DNA of 64,000 nt from Omnitrophica WOR_2 bacterium RIFOXYA2_FULL_38_17 (GCA_001805965.1 MHHG01000027.1:477-64476); one strand, 5' to 3'. Positions 20,008-30,308 are shown, counted from the stretch's first letter. Notes: a model not told the origin generated them from the letters alone. Made by a program: numbers and translations.

Positions 20008-22044
20008 TTATCTTCGAATTGCACCTATTTTATCTATCAAAGACTGGCAGATCCTTTCATGCACTTTTGTCACTTCTTCTTCTTTAAGCGTTCCGGTCTT
20101 TGATTGGTATTTACAAGAGCAAACTAATCCCTTATATTCTTTGCCCGGAAGATTTTCGCCCAAATATTCTTCTATTAAATTAAAGTTGTGCATAATATCA
20201 TTGTTATCGTTAAAAACAATGTTCCTTATTTCATCAAAAAGTATATCTTTTTTAATCGCCAAGCTTATGTCCCTAGTCACGATCGGATACTCAATAACAG
20301 GAAAGTATTTCTTTTTGCTAAAAGAACCTGAATAAAAGCTTTCAAGATCAACTTCTGCAAAAACAACACTTGCCCCTTTAATATCCCAGGCATCAAGAAC
20401 CTCCTGGCATATTCGTCCGACAGCCCCGATCTTTTTTCCTCTCAAAAATATTTGAGCATTTTCTCCTGCAAAAAACGGCAACTCGCTTATCTTATAAGAA
20501 ACAGCGCTGTCTTGTATGCCTGTCCCGCTAAAAACTTTTCCGACTATGCCTTTTATATCAATAAAGTCTACATTGTTCTGTTTTAGCTTACGCCAATCTC
20601 TTAAAGCAACCCCTGTCATAATGACCGCTAGCGTCTCTTTCTCTCCTTTATTCGTATATATTTTGCCTGCCTCGAACAAGCTGATATCTTTCTGTCCCCT
20701 GTTTAAGTTAAACTGCACCCTAGATAACATGCTCGGCAGCAAAGAAGGTCTCATCATTTCTTGATCTTGTGACAACGGATTTACTATATTTAATTTTTCT
20801 ATATCGGATAGCTTTGAATCATTTAAATTTTTCTGGCTTATCATGGTATATGTAACTGTTTCACTGCAGCCTTGAGCCATCAGGATTTGTTTAATTTTCT
20901 TTCTTAACTGGATCTCTTTGCTTTCAGAAATGTTTGAAACCTTTATGCTCGGCATAGACAGAGGGAGATTATCATAGCCAATTATCCTTGCAACTTCTTC
21001 AATAATATCAACCTCTTGAACAATATCTCCTCTAAAAGATGGTGGCACAATAGTAAAGACCTTCTGTTTGTCGACTTTGACATCAAAGCCGAGCTTATCA
21101 AAAATATTCTTACATTGTGTAACAGACGTATCTGTTCCTAAGAAGCTGTCGATCTTTTCTTTTTCAATAACAATTTCTTTTGCTGCTTTATTCCTGCCCG
21201 TAACTTTAATATCCGAGCTTTTTACAATTTTTCCGCCGGCTTCTTTAAGAATCAAAGACAAGGCCCTGTTCGAGCAGTTCTCCACTGTAGGATAGTCGAC
21301 CCCTCTTTCAAAACGATAAGAAGAATCACTTGAAAGCCCTAATTTTCTTGAGGCTTTTCTAACAATAATCGGGTCGAAATATGCGCTTTCCAGAAGAATG
21401 TTCCTTGTTGAAGCCGTTACTTCTGTTTCCTTGCCCCCCATGATACCTGCAATAGCAACTGGCTTTTCTGCATCTGCTATAACAAGGATTGACGGGTCTA
21501 GGGCCCTTTCGATATCATCAATAGTAACTATCTTCTCGCCATCTTTAGCCCTTCGGACAATTATCCGTCCTCCGGCAAGCTTATCATAATCAAAAGCATG
21601 TAACGGCTGTCCTGTTTCTAGCAAACAAAAATTAGTTATATCAACAATATTGTTGATCGCTCTTAAGCCTAATGAATTTATTCTTTTTAATAATTCTTTT
21701 GGTGCTTGCTGTATTGAAATGTTTTCAACCACTGTACCAATATAACGAAGGCAGCCTTTTTTGTCTTCTATCTTAATGTCGCAAATGGCATCAGCCTTTG
21801 ATAGTTTTCCTGTTCTCGGCAGGGCCAGCTCTTTATTTAAAACTGCCGATATCTCTCTGGCTATGCCTATCATGTTTAAACAATCTGGCCTGTTAGGAGT
21901 AACCTCCACTTCAAATATAGTGTCGCCTCTGACTAAAGAAACATTTTCCACCTCCAGCCCTGCCATGGTTAATTTGTCAGCCAAGCTTCCCGGAGGGATT
22001 TTAACCTCCACATAATCTTTAATCCAGTTTAAGCTTATTTTCAT
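20008..22044 (-). CDS. pheT: Phenylalanyl-tRNA synthetase beta subunit
   Basis: B3/B4, B5 and FDX-ACB-like regions of PheT are present. It lies immediately downstream of pheS. At 678 aa it is shorter than the typical bacterial PheT. Confidence 0.85.
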   Translation of the reverse strand: MKISLNWIKDYVEVKIPPGSLADKLTMAGLEVENVSLVRGDTIFEVEVTPNRPDCLNMIGIAREISAVLNKELALPRTGKLSKADAICDIKIEDKKGCLRYIGTVVENISIQQAPKELLKRINSLGLRAINNIVDITNFCLLETGQPLHAFDYDKLAGGRIIVRRAKDGEKIVTIDDIERALDPSILVIADAEKPVAIAGIMGGKETEVTASTRNILLESAYFDPIIVRKASRKLGLSSDSSYRFERGVDYPTVENCSNRALSLILKEAGGKIVKSSDIKVTGRNKAAKEIVIEKEKIDSFLGTDTSVTQCKNIFDKLGFDVKVDKQKVFTIVPPSFRGDIVQEVDIIEEVARIIGYDNLPLSMPSIKVSNISESKEIQLRKKIKQILMAQGCSETVTYTMISQKNLNDSKLSDIEKLNIVNPLSQDQEMMRPSLLPSMLSRVQFNLNRGQKDISLFEAGKIYTNKGEKETLAVIMTGVALRDWRKLKQNNVDFIDIKGIVGKVFSGTGIQDSAVSYKISELPFFAGENAQIFLRGKKIGAVGRICQEVLDAWDIKGASVVFAEVDLESFYSGSFSKKKYFPVIEYPIVTRDISLAIKKDILFDEIRNIVFNDNNDIMHNFNLIEEYLGENLPGKEYKGLVCSCKYQSKTGTLKEEEVTKVHERICQSLIDKIGAIRR

Positions 22045-22046
22045 AA

Positions 22047-23072
22047 TTAGAACTGCTCCAAAAATCTTTTATCGTTTTCATAAAAAAGACGAATATCTCT
22101 GATTCCGTATCTTAGCATTGCAATTCGTTCGACGCCCAAGCCAAACGCCAAGCCCGTATACTTGCCTTTGGGGTATCCCACTGCTTTAAAAACCTGTGGG
22201 TGAACCATGCCACAACCCATTATCTCAAGCCAATCCTTCTTGCCCTTTTCCCAGGAAATATCGATTTCTGCTGACGGCTCAGTAAAAGGAAAAAAATGCG
22301 GACGAAAGCGCATTTTTATATTGTCGCCAAAGAACCTATTGCAAAAAGTTGTGAGCAATCCTTTTAAATGTGAGAATTTTATGTCTTGATCGACAAGCAG
22401 TCCCTCTATCTGGTGGAACATAAAAGAATGGCTGGCATCAACAGCATCTGGACGATACACCTTGCCAGGAACTACAACCGCCAAAGGCGGCTTGTTTGCT
22501 TTCATAACGCGGATCTGCACCGGAGATGTTTGGCTTCTAAGAAGAAGCTTTTTATCTTTATCGCCCGGATCAACCTGGTCGACATAAAATGTGTCAAAAC
22601 CATCTCTTGATGGATGATTGCTCGGTATATTTAGGGCATCAAAGTTATTGAACTCTGTTTCTATTTCAGGGCCTTCCTGTACAATAAAGCCAAGCTTTTC
22701 AAACAGACCACAGATCTCATCCATTGTCTGCGTCAGCAAATGGGAATGCCCCAAATCATTAGCAACCCCTGGAAGAGTAACATCAATATTGCTCTTCGAT
22801 GACTGATTTATGGTATCCTTCACGCTTAGCTTTTTTTCTTCAATAAGGCCTGAGATAAAATTCTTTAATTCGTTGGCATTCTTCCCTAAAAGAGGCTTGT
22901 CTTCTTTGGAAGCTGTTGACAAAGAAGCATAGACCTGGGGGATAAGTCCTTTTTTGCCTAAATATTTTATCCGGAAAGATTCTAAGGAAGTATTGTCGCA
23001 GATAGAATCTGCTTCCTTTTGTGCTTGATTTCTAATTGTTTGAAAGTCCCATGCCATGTATATTTTCACCAA
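22047..23072 (-). CDS. pheS: Phenylalanyl-tRNA synthetase alpha subunit
   Basis: Class II aaRS motifs are present (FRPHFFPFTEPSAEID, GLGVERIAMLRYGI). Confidence 0.9.
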   Translation of the reverse strand: MVKIYMAWDFQTIRNQAQKEADSICDNTSLESFRIKYLGKKGLIPQVYASLSTASKEDKPLLGKNANELKNFISGLIEEKKLSVKDTINQSSKSNIDVTLPGVANDLGHSHLLTQTMDEICGLFEKLGFIVQEGPEIETEFNNFDALNIPSNHPSRDGFDTFYVDQVDPGDKDKKLLLRSQTSPVQIRVMKANKPPLAVVVPGKVYRPDAVDASHSFMFHQIEGLLVDQDIKFSHLKGLLTTFCNRFFGDNIKMRFRPHFFPFTEPSAEIDISWEKGKKDWLEIMGCGMVHPQVFKAVGYPKGKYTGLAFGLGVERIAMLRYGIRDIRLFYENDKRFLEQF

Positions 23073-23167
23073 GATTGTTATTTACTGTTTTTTTCTAAAA
23101 ACGAGAGCTATTATAACATTGTTTATTGTTTTTGAAACCGATATTTTTTCTGAACGTTCAAACATTT

Positions 23168-24622
23168 TTACTTGTGCCATGTTGAAGGAATAAATAATAC
23201 TAAAATAGAATACAGCTCAAGCCTTCCTGCCAACATCAAAAAAGACAAAAACCACTTACCCGGGTTAGAAATCCACGCATAATTCCCAACAGCTCCCACT
23301 TTCCCTAGCCCCGGACCAATATTGCTAAGACATGCTATCGACGCTGAAAAAGCTGTCACCAGATCACATCTTTCTGTTATGGTCATGACAATTGTCCCTA
23401 AGAAAAACAATGCTATATAAATTACAAAAAACGATAAAACAGATGAAACGATCCTATCTGCCTGTGGGGCCTTGTTGAACCTGACAGGCAAAACCGCATT
23501 GGGGAACAATGCCTGCATAATAGATCTTAAGGCAATTTTCAAAGATAAGAAAAACCTTATTACCTTCATACCTCCGCCGGTAGACCCGCCGCAGCCACCT
23601 ATAAACATTAAAACAATCAAAATAAACCTTAATGCCTGAGGCCAAATATCAAAATCTGCCGTAACATATCCTGTCGTAGTCATAACCGAAAAGGTTTGAA
23701 ATGCTGCCGTGCGTAAAGGGCTACTGACAATGGAATTTAAATGCAGCACTACTGTAAAGATAAAAATACTAACAACAGCCAGGAACAAGTACCATTTAAA
23801 TTCTTCATTTCTAAAATATTGCCCTATCTTTCCTCTAAGTGCCTGATAATGTAGCATAAAATTAACGCCGGCTAAAAACATGAAGAATGTAATCACCCAC
23901 TGAATATATGGCCCATATGCGCCTATACTTGCGTTCTTTGTTGAAAATCCACCTGTTGCCATTGTTCCAAAAGTATGGCAAAGAGCATCAAAGAAAGGCA
24001 TCTTCCCGAGCATTAGCAAAATCGTCTCGACAACCGAAAGAAGAACATAAACAGTCCAAAGCATCTTTGCCGTTTCCTTTATCCTTGGCTCTACTCTTTC
24101 AACCGTTATACCAGGAGATTCCGCTTTAAAAAGCTGAAAATCATTTTTAGACACCACCGGCAGAAGCGTTAAATACAGCACAATAATTCCCATTCCGCCA
24201 AGCCAGTGAGTAAGGCTTCTCCAAAATAAAATCCCTCTTGGCAGGGCTTCAACATCGATAAAAATCGTAGCTCCAGTTGTCGTAAAGCCGCTAACTATTT
24301 CAAAAAAGGCATCCGTATAATTACTCACAACATGACTTAAATAAAGAGGAAGGGCTCCAAACGCCGACAAGCAAACCCACGACAGCCCGACTATAGCTAA
24401 ACCATCTTTTGCGTTTAACCTTTCGTAGTCCTCTGTGTCCATCCTGACATTCCAGAACACTATGCATGAAACAAAAAGCCCCAGCAATATAGTCACAATA
24501 AAAGATATTGTCTCCTTGCTATGAGGATCATCCGCAATTGCCCACAAAAGAGGAATCGTCATGATCATACATACAATCATTTGTACTCTGGAAACAATAT
24601 TCAGAACAAATTTCTTGTGCAT
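23168..24622 (-). CDS. trkH: Trk/Ktr-type potassium uptake membrane subunit
   Basis: Polytopic with repeated selectivity-filter-like motifs (TTTGATI, TMATGGF, TTTGYVT, GCGGSTGGG). Confidence 0.85.
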   Translation of the reverse strand: MHKKFVLNIVSRVQMIVCMIMTIPLLWAIADDPHSKETISFIVTILLGLFVSCIVFWNVRMDTEDYERLNAKDGLAIVGLSWVCLSAFGALPLYLSHVVSNYTDAFFEIVSGFTTTGATIFIDVEALPRGILFWRSLTHWLGGMGIIVLYLTLLPVVSKNDFQLFKAESPGITVERVEPRIKETAKMLWTVYVLLSVVETILLMLGKMPFFDALCHTFGTMATGGFSTKNASIGAYGPYIQWVITFFMFLAGVNFMLHYQALRGKIGQYFRNEEFKWYLFLAVVSIFIFTVVLHLNSIVSSPLRTAAFQTFSVMTTTGYVTADFDIWPQALRFILIVLMFIGGCGGSTGGGMKVIRFFLSLKIALRSIMQALFPNAVLPVRFNKAPQADRIVSSVLSFFVIYIALFFLGTIVMTITERCDLVTAFSASIACLSNIGPGLGKVGAVGNYAWISNPGKWFLSFLMLAGRLELYSILVLFIPSTWHK

Positions 24623-24631
24623 TAAAAACCT

Positions 24632-25990
24632 TTAGAAACTTTTTTTTTGAATAAAAAACGATTGGACTTTCTTAACTTCTGTTTCTTTACAAAAGACAAC
24701 GACCTTATCCCCTTCTTTGATCTGTGTGTCTCCTTTTGCAAGAAACGCTTTTGAATCCCTGAAGACAGCTCCAATAATAGAGTTCTTGGGAAAGGACGCA
24801 TCTTTGACAGGGACTTTTGTTATTGGGGAATTTTTCTCGACAATAAATTCCAGGGCTTCCGCTTTACAATCAAGCAATTTAGTAATTGAGCTAATCGTTT
24901 TCCCTCTGACATAACTTAAAATGTGCTCAACAGCTAAAAGATGCGGGTTAACAATAACATCAATATCTAGCGCATCGACGATTGACATGTAGTCAGGGTG
25001 CTGGGTCATAATAACCGTGGCTTTTGCCCCTCTTTTTTTCGCTAAAACCGCGCTAATCAAGTTTGAATTATCATTATCGGTAGCACCGACAAAAACATCT
25101 GTTGCTTCAATTCCACATTCTGTCAAAATATCTTTATCCGATGCTGAGCCATTAATAACTTTTGTAAGTTCCAGTTTCTCAGCAACGTTCTCTGCAATCT
25201 TAGTGTCTTCTTCCAAAAGAATTACGTCTCTTATTGTTTTTGATAGTTCTTGCGCAACATGCACACCAGTAACAGTTGCACCATATATAATAACTTTTTG
25301 AGGTTTTTTAGCTTTTGGGTCAACAAAAGATAAAAACTCCCCAAGAGATTCTTTCGGCAGTAGAACATATATTCTATCATTTGAATGGAGCACAGTTTCA
25401 CCAGTGGGAATAAAAGCTTCTTTTTCTCTGTTAATAGCTACAACAAGAAAAGGCCATGGAAAATCGTCATCGTTAAAGTCGCTTATTTTTGATCCTGCAA
25501 GAGGGGACTTTTCAGGAAGGTCAAAACCGCGAAGAAGTATGCTTCCTTCTGCAAAATCACCAACTTCTCTTGTTCCAGGAGAGCATATTGCTTTTACAAT
25601 AGCGTGTGCCGCAACCTCTTCAGGGTTTATAATTTCATCAATATTAAAATGCTCAAAGCCTGACGCCCCCAGCTCTCGACTTAACGCTGTATTCCTTACT
25701 CTTGCAACTTGCCTTTTGGCTCCAAAGAAATCAGCCAAAGAACACACTATCATGTTCGTTTCATCCGAATGAGTAACCGCAATAACTAGATCAGCGCTTT
25801 CAACTTGAACTTTTCTAAGCGTATCTGGATCTGCTCCGCTTCCAAACACCACTTTTGCATCAAGCTTTTCATCAACTTTTCTTGCTATTTCCTCACAAGC
25901 TTCTATGACATAGACTTCATGTTTCTCTTTAACAAGAGATTTTGCCAGGTTTAAACCAATCCTGCCTGCACCAATAATTATTATTCTCAT
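24632..25990 (-). CDS. trkA: Trk system NAD-binding regulatory subunit
   Basis: Two RCK_N Rossmann repeats are present (IIIGAGRIGLNLA and IIYGATVTGVHVA), each followed by RCK_C. Confidence 0.9.
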   Translation of the reverse strand: MRIIIIGAGRIGLNLAKSLVKEKHEVYVIEACEEIARKVDEKLDAKVVFGSGADPDTLRKVQVESADLVIAVTHSDETNMIVCSLADFFGAKRQVARVRNTALSRELGASGFEHFNIDEIINPEEVAAHAIVKAICSPGTREVGDFAEGSILLRGFDLPEKSPLAGSKISDFNDDDFPWPFLVVAINREKEAFIPTGETVLHSNDRIYVLLPKESLGEFLSFVDPKAKKPQKVIIYGATVTGVHVAQELSKTIRDVILLEEDTKIAENVAEKLELTKVINGSASDKDILTECGIEATDVFVGATDNDNSNLISAVLAKKRGAKATVIMTQHPDYMSIVDALDIDVIVNPHLLAVEHILSYVRGKTISSITKLLDCKAEALEFIVEKNSPITKVPVKDASFPKNSIIGAVFRDSKAFLAKGDTQIKEGDKVVVFCKETEVKKVQSFFIQKKSF

Positions 25991-26015
25991 AACACTTTGG
26001 ACCTTTTAAAATTTA

Positions 26016-26034
26016 GGCCCTGCTAATCAGGGCC
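26016..26034 (-). terminator. Intrinsic terminator after rplT
   Basis: GGCCCTG-ctaat-CAGGGCC hairpin, flanked by A/T runs on both sides. It lies between the rplT stop and the trkA start. Confidence 0.55.
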
Positions 26035-26070
26035 TAAAAATTTATTAATCGTTCAATAGCTTGTTATAGT

Positions 26071-26418
26071 TTAGCATTGTGCTAGATTGACAAGTTTTTT
26101 GAATGCTCCTGGAGAACTAACTGCTAATTCTGCCAATATTTTACGATTAATCTCGATATGTGCTTTTTTCAATCCATTCATAAAACGGCTATATGTCGTA
26201 TCGGCTTCCTTACAAGCAGCATTAATACGAATAATCCAAAGACTTTTAAAATCTCTTTGTCTTACTTTGCGGTCCCTGTATTCATACACCATTCCTTTAA
26301 TAACAGATCTTTTTGCTTGTTTGAACCTTTTGCTCCTGTGCCCAAACTGACCCTTGGCCTGTTTTAGAACTTTCTTTTTTCTCTTTTGTGCCGCAACGAC
26401 ACCTCTCACTCTAACCAT
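26071..26418 (-). CDS. rplT: 50S ribosomal protein L20
   Basis: [23 protein letters not shown]...[14 protein letters not shown] matches the L20 consensus. Confidence 0.95.
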   Translation of the reverse strand: MVRVRGVVAAQKRKKKVLKQAKGQFGHRSKRFKQAKRSVIKGMVYEYRDRKVRQRDFKSLWIIRINAACKEADTTYSRFMNGLKKAHIEINRKILAELAVSSPGAFKKLVNLAQC

Positions 26419-26608
26419 ATGGCAACAACCTCCTTATTTTTTTTACATCTGCATCAGAGACATAGCTGCTTTTACGTAAATTACGTTTTCTTTTTCTGGA
26501 CATTTTGCCTAGAATATGACCTCTATTTGCACTACGCTTTTTTAACTTTCCAGATTTTGTAATCTTAAACCGTTTAGCAGCTGACCGGTTGGTTTTCAAC
26601 TTTGGCAT
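26411..26608 (-). CDS. rpmI: 50S ribosomal protein L35
   Basis: [25 protein letters not shown] is the L35 consensus. It overlaps the rplT start by 8 nt. Confidence 0.9.
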   Translation of the reverse strand: MPKLKTNRSAAKRFKITKSGKLKKRSANRGHILGKMSRKRKRNLRKSSYVSDADVKKIRRLLPYG

Positions 26609-26702
26609 TTCTTTTCCTTTCTCAACTTCTCATTTATTCAAAAATAACAAGAACGCTCTGATCTTGTAATGGAATTTTTAGAACAACATTGCTTCAAATG
26701 AA

Positions 26703-27221
26703 CTATTTATCAGCATTCGGATTCAAAACAACATACATCGTTTTTCCTTCCATAGAAGGGGCTGATTCAGGAGTTCCATGCTCTTTCATGTCAACTACCA
26801 TTCTCTCAACAATATCTTTTCCTAAATCCCTGTGCATTAATTCTCGTCCACGAAACATCATGTTTATCTTTACCTTGTCCTTCTTTCCTAAGAACCCAAT
26901 CGCCTGCTTTAATTTTATCTGATAATCGCTTTCGCCTATATGCGGTTTTAATCTGATCTGTTTTAAATGCGTAACGTGCTGGTTCTTTTTGACCTTTCTT
27001 TCCTTTTTCTCCTGGTCATATTTGTACTTGCTATAATCCATTATTCTGCACACTGGAGGTTTTGCTGTTGGAGCAATTTCAACTAAATCCAATTCATGCT
27101 CTTTTGCTAGGTCTATAGCTCTTTTTATTACTACCACTCCCAACTGCTCTCCATCAGGGCCGATAACTCTAACTTCTGATGCCCTGATTCGTTCATTGAT
27201 TCGTATAAATTTTTGAATAAT
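26703..27221 (-). CDS. infC: Translation initiation factor IF-3 (non-canonical AUU start)
   Basis: The track ORF begins inside the IF3 N-domain. The same frame extends upstream to ATT ATT. These codons are the reverse complement of plus 27216-27221 and lie 4-7 nt after GGAGGTG. The deduced N-terminus is IQKFIRINERIRASEVRVIGPDGEQLGVV, matching the IF3 N-terminal consensus. Confidence 0.85.
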   Translation of the reverse strand: MIQKFIRINERIRASEVRVIGPDGEQLGVVVIKRAIDLAKEHELDLVEIAPTAKPPVCRIMDYSKYKYDQEKKERKVKKNQHVTHLKQIRLKPHIGESDYQIKLKQAIGFLGKKDKVKINMMFRGRELMHRDLGKDIVERMVVDMKEHGTPESAPSMEGKTMYVVLNPNADK

Positions 27222-27234
27222 TACACCTCCTATA

Positions 27235-28968
27235 TTAATTTTTTTCCTTAACCCTATATAATACCTGTTTAAGAAATTCTTCTTGTTTTACTGTTCCTGT
27301 TTCTCCTTGTCCATATTGCCTTACAGACAATGTGTTTTCAGCTACTTCCTTGTCTCCGACTATAAGCAAATAAGGAATCTTTTTTACAGTTCCTTCCCTT
27401 ATTTTCTTATTCAAACTCTCATTTCTTTCATCAATTATAACTCGCAAACCCGCATTCTGTAAGTATTCTTTTACTTTTATAGCAAAAGATTTGTGCTCTT
27501 CACTGATCGGAATAATAACAATTTGCTTTGGTGAAAGCCAAACAGGAAAGGCCCCCCCATAATGCTCTATCAGTGTACCAAAAAACCTCTCAACGCTGCC
27601 GAAAACGGCACGATGCAGCATAATAGGCCGTAGATACTGTCCTTCAGGGCTCATATAAGTCAGGTCAAACCTCTCGGGCAAAGAAAAATCACATTGTATC
27701 GTCGCACATTGCCATGAGCGCCCAATAGCATCCTTTAGCTTAATATCTATCTTTGGCCCGTAAAACGCTCCGTCACCCTCGTTAATTTGATAATCAATCC
27801 CTTTTTCCTTTAAAGACATTTCAAGTGCTTGCGTTGCATTATTCCAGTCTTCATCCTTGCCAATGTGTTTTTCCGGCTTTGTGCTGACCTCTATTGTCCA
27901 CGCAGAAAAACCAAAATCTTTCATTGTCTCAAAAACAAAATCAATCACTCCCTTTATCTCTTCTTTTAATTGGCCTGGCGTACAAAAGATGTGTGCGTCA
28001 TCTTGTGTAAATCCTCTGACACGTAAAAGGCCGTGCAAAACTCCCGCTTTTTCTTGACGATATACTGTGCCAAGCTCAAAATATCTAATTGGCAGCTCTC
28101 TGTAAGAACGAATCTTGGATTTATAAATCAACATATGTCCCGGACAATTCATCGGCTTAACAGCATATTCTTCTTCATCAACCTGAAAATAATACATGTT
28201 CTCTCTATAAAAAGCTGAATGGCCGCTTAAGTCCCAAAGTTTTCCTTTTAGGATATTTGGCGTTGTTATCAGCTCGTATCCACTTCTTAAATGCTTATCT
28301 TTAGAATAGTCTTCAATGATCTTTTTAAGCATCGCTCCATCAGGATGATAAAAAACTAACCCCGCACCTGCCTCATCATGATAAATATGGAAAAGATCAA
28401 GCTGTGTGCCTAATTTTCTATGGTCTCTTTTGTCTGCTTCTTCCAACATATGAACATGATCGTTTAATTCTTCGTCAGTAAAAAAACATGTTCCATAAAT
28501 ACGTTGAAGCATGGGACGAGATTCGTCTCCCCTCCAATACGCGCCAGCAATAGAAAGAAGCTTAAAAGAATGTATATCAGAAGTGTTGTCGACATGAGGC
28601 CCCTTACAAAGATCAACAAATTCCTCGCCTGTTTTATAAAGAGAAATCTCCTCCTCTTTAGAAAGGTCTCTTATGAGCTCTGCCTTATAAGTCTCATTTT
28701 GTTTTTCAAAGAGCGCTATCGCATCCTGCCTAGAAACTATCGATTTGACAAATGCTTGTTTTTTATTGGCTATCTTTCGCATTTGTTTTTCAATACTTTT
28801 GAGGTCCTTATTCGTGAACGGTTCAGGTTTATCAAAATCATAATAAAAACCGTTTTCAATCGGAGGACCAATAGCAACTTTTGTTTCAGGCCAAAGATCT
28901 TTTACAGCTTGAGCCATAACATGAGCACAGCTGTGCCTTAATTTGTCTAAATCTGTGTATTCTTTCAT
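27235..28968 (-). CDS. thrS: Threonyl-tRNA synthetase (lacks N-terminal TGS domain)
   Basis: An editing-domain HxxxH..C motif is near the N-terminus (HSCAHV). Class II catalytic motifs and an anticodon-binding domain are present. At 577 aa it is shorter than the ~640 aa typical for ThrRS, consistent with a missing TGS domain. Confidence 0.9.
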   Translation of the reverse strand: MKEYTDLDKLRHSCAHVMAQAVKDLWPETKVAIGPPIENGFYYDFDKPEPFTNKDLKSIEKQMRKIANKKQAFVKSIVSRQDAIALFEKQNETYKAELIRDLSKEEEISLYKTGEEFVDLCKGPHVDNTSDIHSFKLLSIAGAYWRGDESRPMLQRIYGTCFFTDEELNDHVHMLEEADKRDHRKLGTQLDLFHIYHDEAGAGLVFYHPDGAMLKKIIEDYSKDKHLRSGYELITTPNILKGKLWDLSGHSAFYRENMYYFQVDEEEYAVKPMNCPGHMLIYKSKIRSYRELPIRYFELGTVYRQEKAGVLHGLLRVRGFTQDDAHIFCTPGQLKEEIKGVIDFVFETMKDFGFSAWTIEVSTKPEKHIGKDEDWNNATQALEMSLKEKGIDYQINEGDGAFYGPKIDIKLKDAIGRSWQCATIQCDFSLPERFDLTYMSPEGQYLRPIMLHRAVFGSVERFFGTLIEHYGGAFPVWLSPKQIVIIPISEEHKSFAIKVKEYLQNAGLRVIIDERNESLNKKIREGTVKKIPYLLIVGDKEVAENTLSVRQYGQGETGTVKQEEFLKQVLYRVKEKN

Positions 28969-29014
28969 TTTATTCTACAATCTTTATCCAAAAAATAAAC
29001 GCCCATTGTTGATC

Positions 29015-29091
29015 TGGTGGGCCCAAGAGGGTTCGAACCCCTGACCTCTTCCACGTCAAGGAAGCGCTCTAACCAACTGAGCTATGGGCCC
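29015..29091 (-). tRNA. tRNA-Val (anticodon GAC), CCA encoded
   Basis: The reverse complement GGGCCCATAGCTCAGTTGGTTAGAGCGCTTCCTTGACGTGGAAG...TTCGAACC...GGGCCCACCA forms a canonical cloverleaf with anticodon loop TTGACGT. Confidence 0.85.
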
Positions 29092-29114
29092 AAAGCATTC
29101 CTTGCTAACATATA

Positions 29115-29197
29115 TGGGCAAGGTGGGAGTCGAACCCACACGACCTTGCGATCAAAGGATTTTAAGTCCTTCGTGTATGCCATTCCACCACTTGCCC
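29115..29197 (-). tRNA. tRNA-Leu (anticodon UAA), long variable arm
   Basis: In the reverse complement GGGCAAGTGGTGGAATGGCATACAC...AAGGACTTAAAATCCTT...GGGTTCGACTCCCACCTTGCCCA, the anticodon loop is CTTAAAA and there is a 16-nt variable arm. Confidence 0.85.
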
Positions 29198-29217
29198 TAA
29201 AATAATAATCACAAAAA

Positions 29218-29288
29218 AGGCGCGGACCGGATTTGAACCGGTGTACGTGGTTTTGCAGACCACTGCCTAACCCCTCGGCCACCACGCC
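29218..29288 (-). tRNA. tRNA-Cys (anticodon GCA)
   Basis: In the reverse complement GGCGTGGTGGCCGAGGGGTTAGGCAGTGGTCTGCAAAACCAC...CCGGTTCAAATCCGGTCCGCGCC+T, the anticodon loop is CTGCAAA and the discriminator is U. Confidence 0.85.
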
Positions 29289-29293
29289 AAAAA

Positions 29294-29839
29294 TTATTTA
29301 ACTATCTGAGCCACTTTCTTCACAATATCCTCAACATTCGCTAAATGTCCTTTGCCAATATCCCCACAAGCTAATTTTCCTGTTCCCGGCTCAAGAAAAG
29401 TTATCCCGTAATTCTTTAATTTTGTACAATTGTCCTGCAATATCTTGTTCTCATACATTTGAGTGTTCATTGCAGGTGCAATTAATATTGGCGCCTTTGT
29501 TGCCATTGAAACCGCCGTCAACAAATCGTCTGCTATGCCGTTTGCGATCTTACCGATTATATTGGCTGTTGCCGGAGCAATCAGCAGAATATCAGCTTGC
29601 TTTGCTAAATCAAGATGCTCTATCTCCCAGGAATCAACTCTTCCTGAGAACATATCGCTGTAAACTTTTTCTTCAGAGAGGCTTGATAGTGTTAAAGGAG
29701 TAATAAACTGCAGAGCTCCCTTTGTCATTACGGGAATTACTCTAAAGCCTTGATCCTTTAATCTTCTAATAATATCGCCAGCTTTATATGCCGCAATGCT
29801 TCCGGTAACGCCTAAAATTACAATCTTTTTGTTAGACAC
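29294..29839 (-). CDS. coaC: Phosphopantothenoylcysteine decarboxylase (flavoprotein, CoaC domain only)
   Basis: IVILGVTGSIAAYKAGDIIRRL...PAMNTQMYEN matches the PPCDC half of Dfp/CoaBC. No CoaB domain is attached (181 aa). Confidence 0.8.
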   Translation of the reverse strand: MSNKKIVILGVTGSIAAYKAGDIIRRLKDQGFRVIPVMTKGALQFITPLTLSSLSEEKVYSDMFSGRVDSWEIEHLDLAKQADILLIAPATANIIGKIANGIADDLLTAVSMATKAPILIAPAMNTQMYENKILQDNCTKLKNYGITFLEPGTGKLACGDIGKGHLANVEDIVKKVAQIVK

Positions 29840-30084
29840 TATTCTTCAGTTTCTTCTTTCGCTTCCACTATTCCTGCAGGAGCGTTTCCAACAGCTTCTT
29901 TTAATTCAATCTTGCCTTCAGCTATTTCCTGCAAAGCAATGGAAGTAAGTTTATCCGTCGTTAAATCGACTAATTTTCTTTTGCCATCTGCAAGTTCAAG
30001 CGCGCGCGTAGCCGCCATTCTTGAGAGCTTATAAATACTCCAATTGGACCTTGGTAATAATTTCTCAACTGTTGATCTTAGCAT
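29839..30084 (-). CDS. rpoZ: DNA-directed RNA polymerase subunit omega (probable)
   Basis: An 81-aa protein. The segment YKLSRMAATRALELADG resembles the RpoZ core. It sits in the conserved gmk-rpoZ-coaBC position. Confidence 0.6.
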   Translation of the reverse strand: MLRSTVEKLLPRSNWSIYKLSRMAATRALELADGKRKLVDLTTDKLTSIALQEIAEGKIELKEAVGNAPAGIVEAKEETEE

Positions 30085-30308
30085 ATTAAACTTCCACCTC
30101 TCTGTTTATAGTTCAAAAAATCTTTCTTTATATAAAATTCAACAAAAAAAACCCTTATTATTATATTAATACAGGGCTATTTATATATCATATGTTGCGA
30201 AATATGTCAAAAAAAACTTTTCTACCAATTTTTTCTTGTGATTAATAAAATTTTCTTTTAACTCAATTATTTTCTATAACTTACAATCCTTCTAATCATT
30301 AGTGGTAT

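Noticed and set aside
22047-23167. T-box leader upstream of pheS/thrS
   Set aside because: Spacers upstream of pheS (95 nt) and thrS (46 nt) are too short. They lack the conserved T-box sequence AATTAGGGTGGNACCGCG.
29017-29285. Two 60-70-aa ORFs (29017..29205 +, 29082..29285 -)
   Set aside because: They overlap three clear tRNA genes (Val, Leu, Cys). The ORFs are artefacts of the structured RNA sequence.
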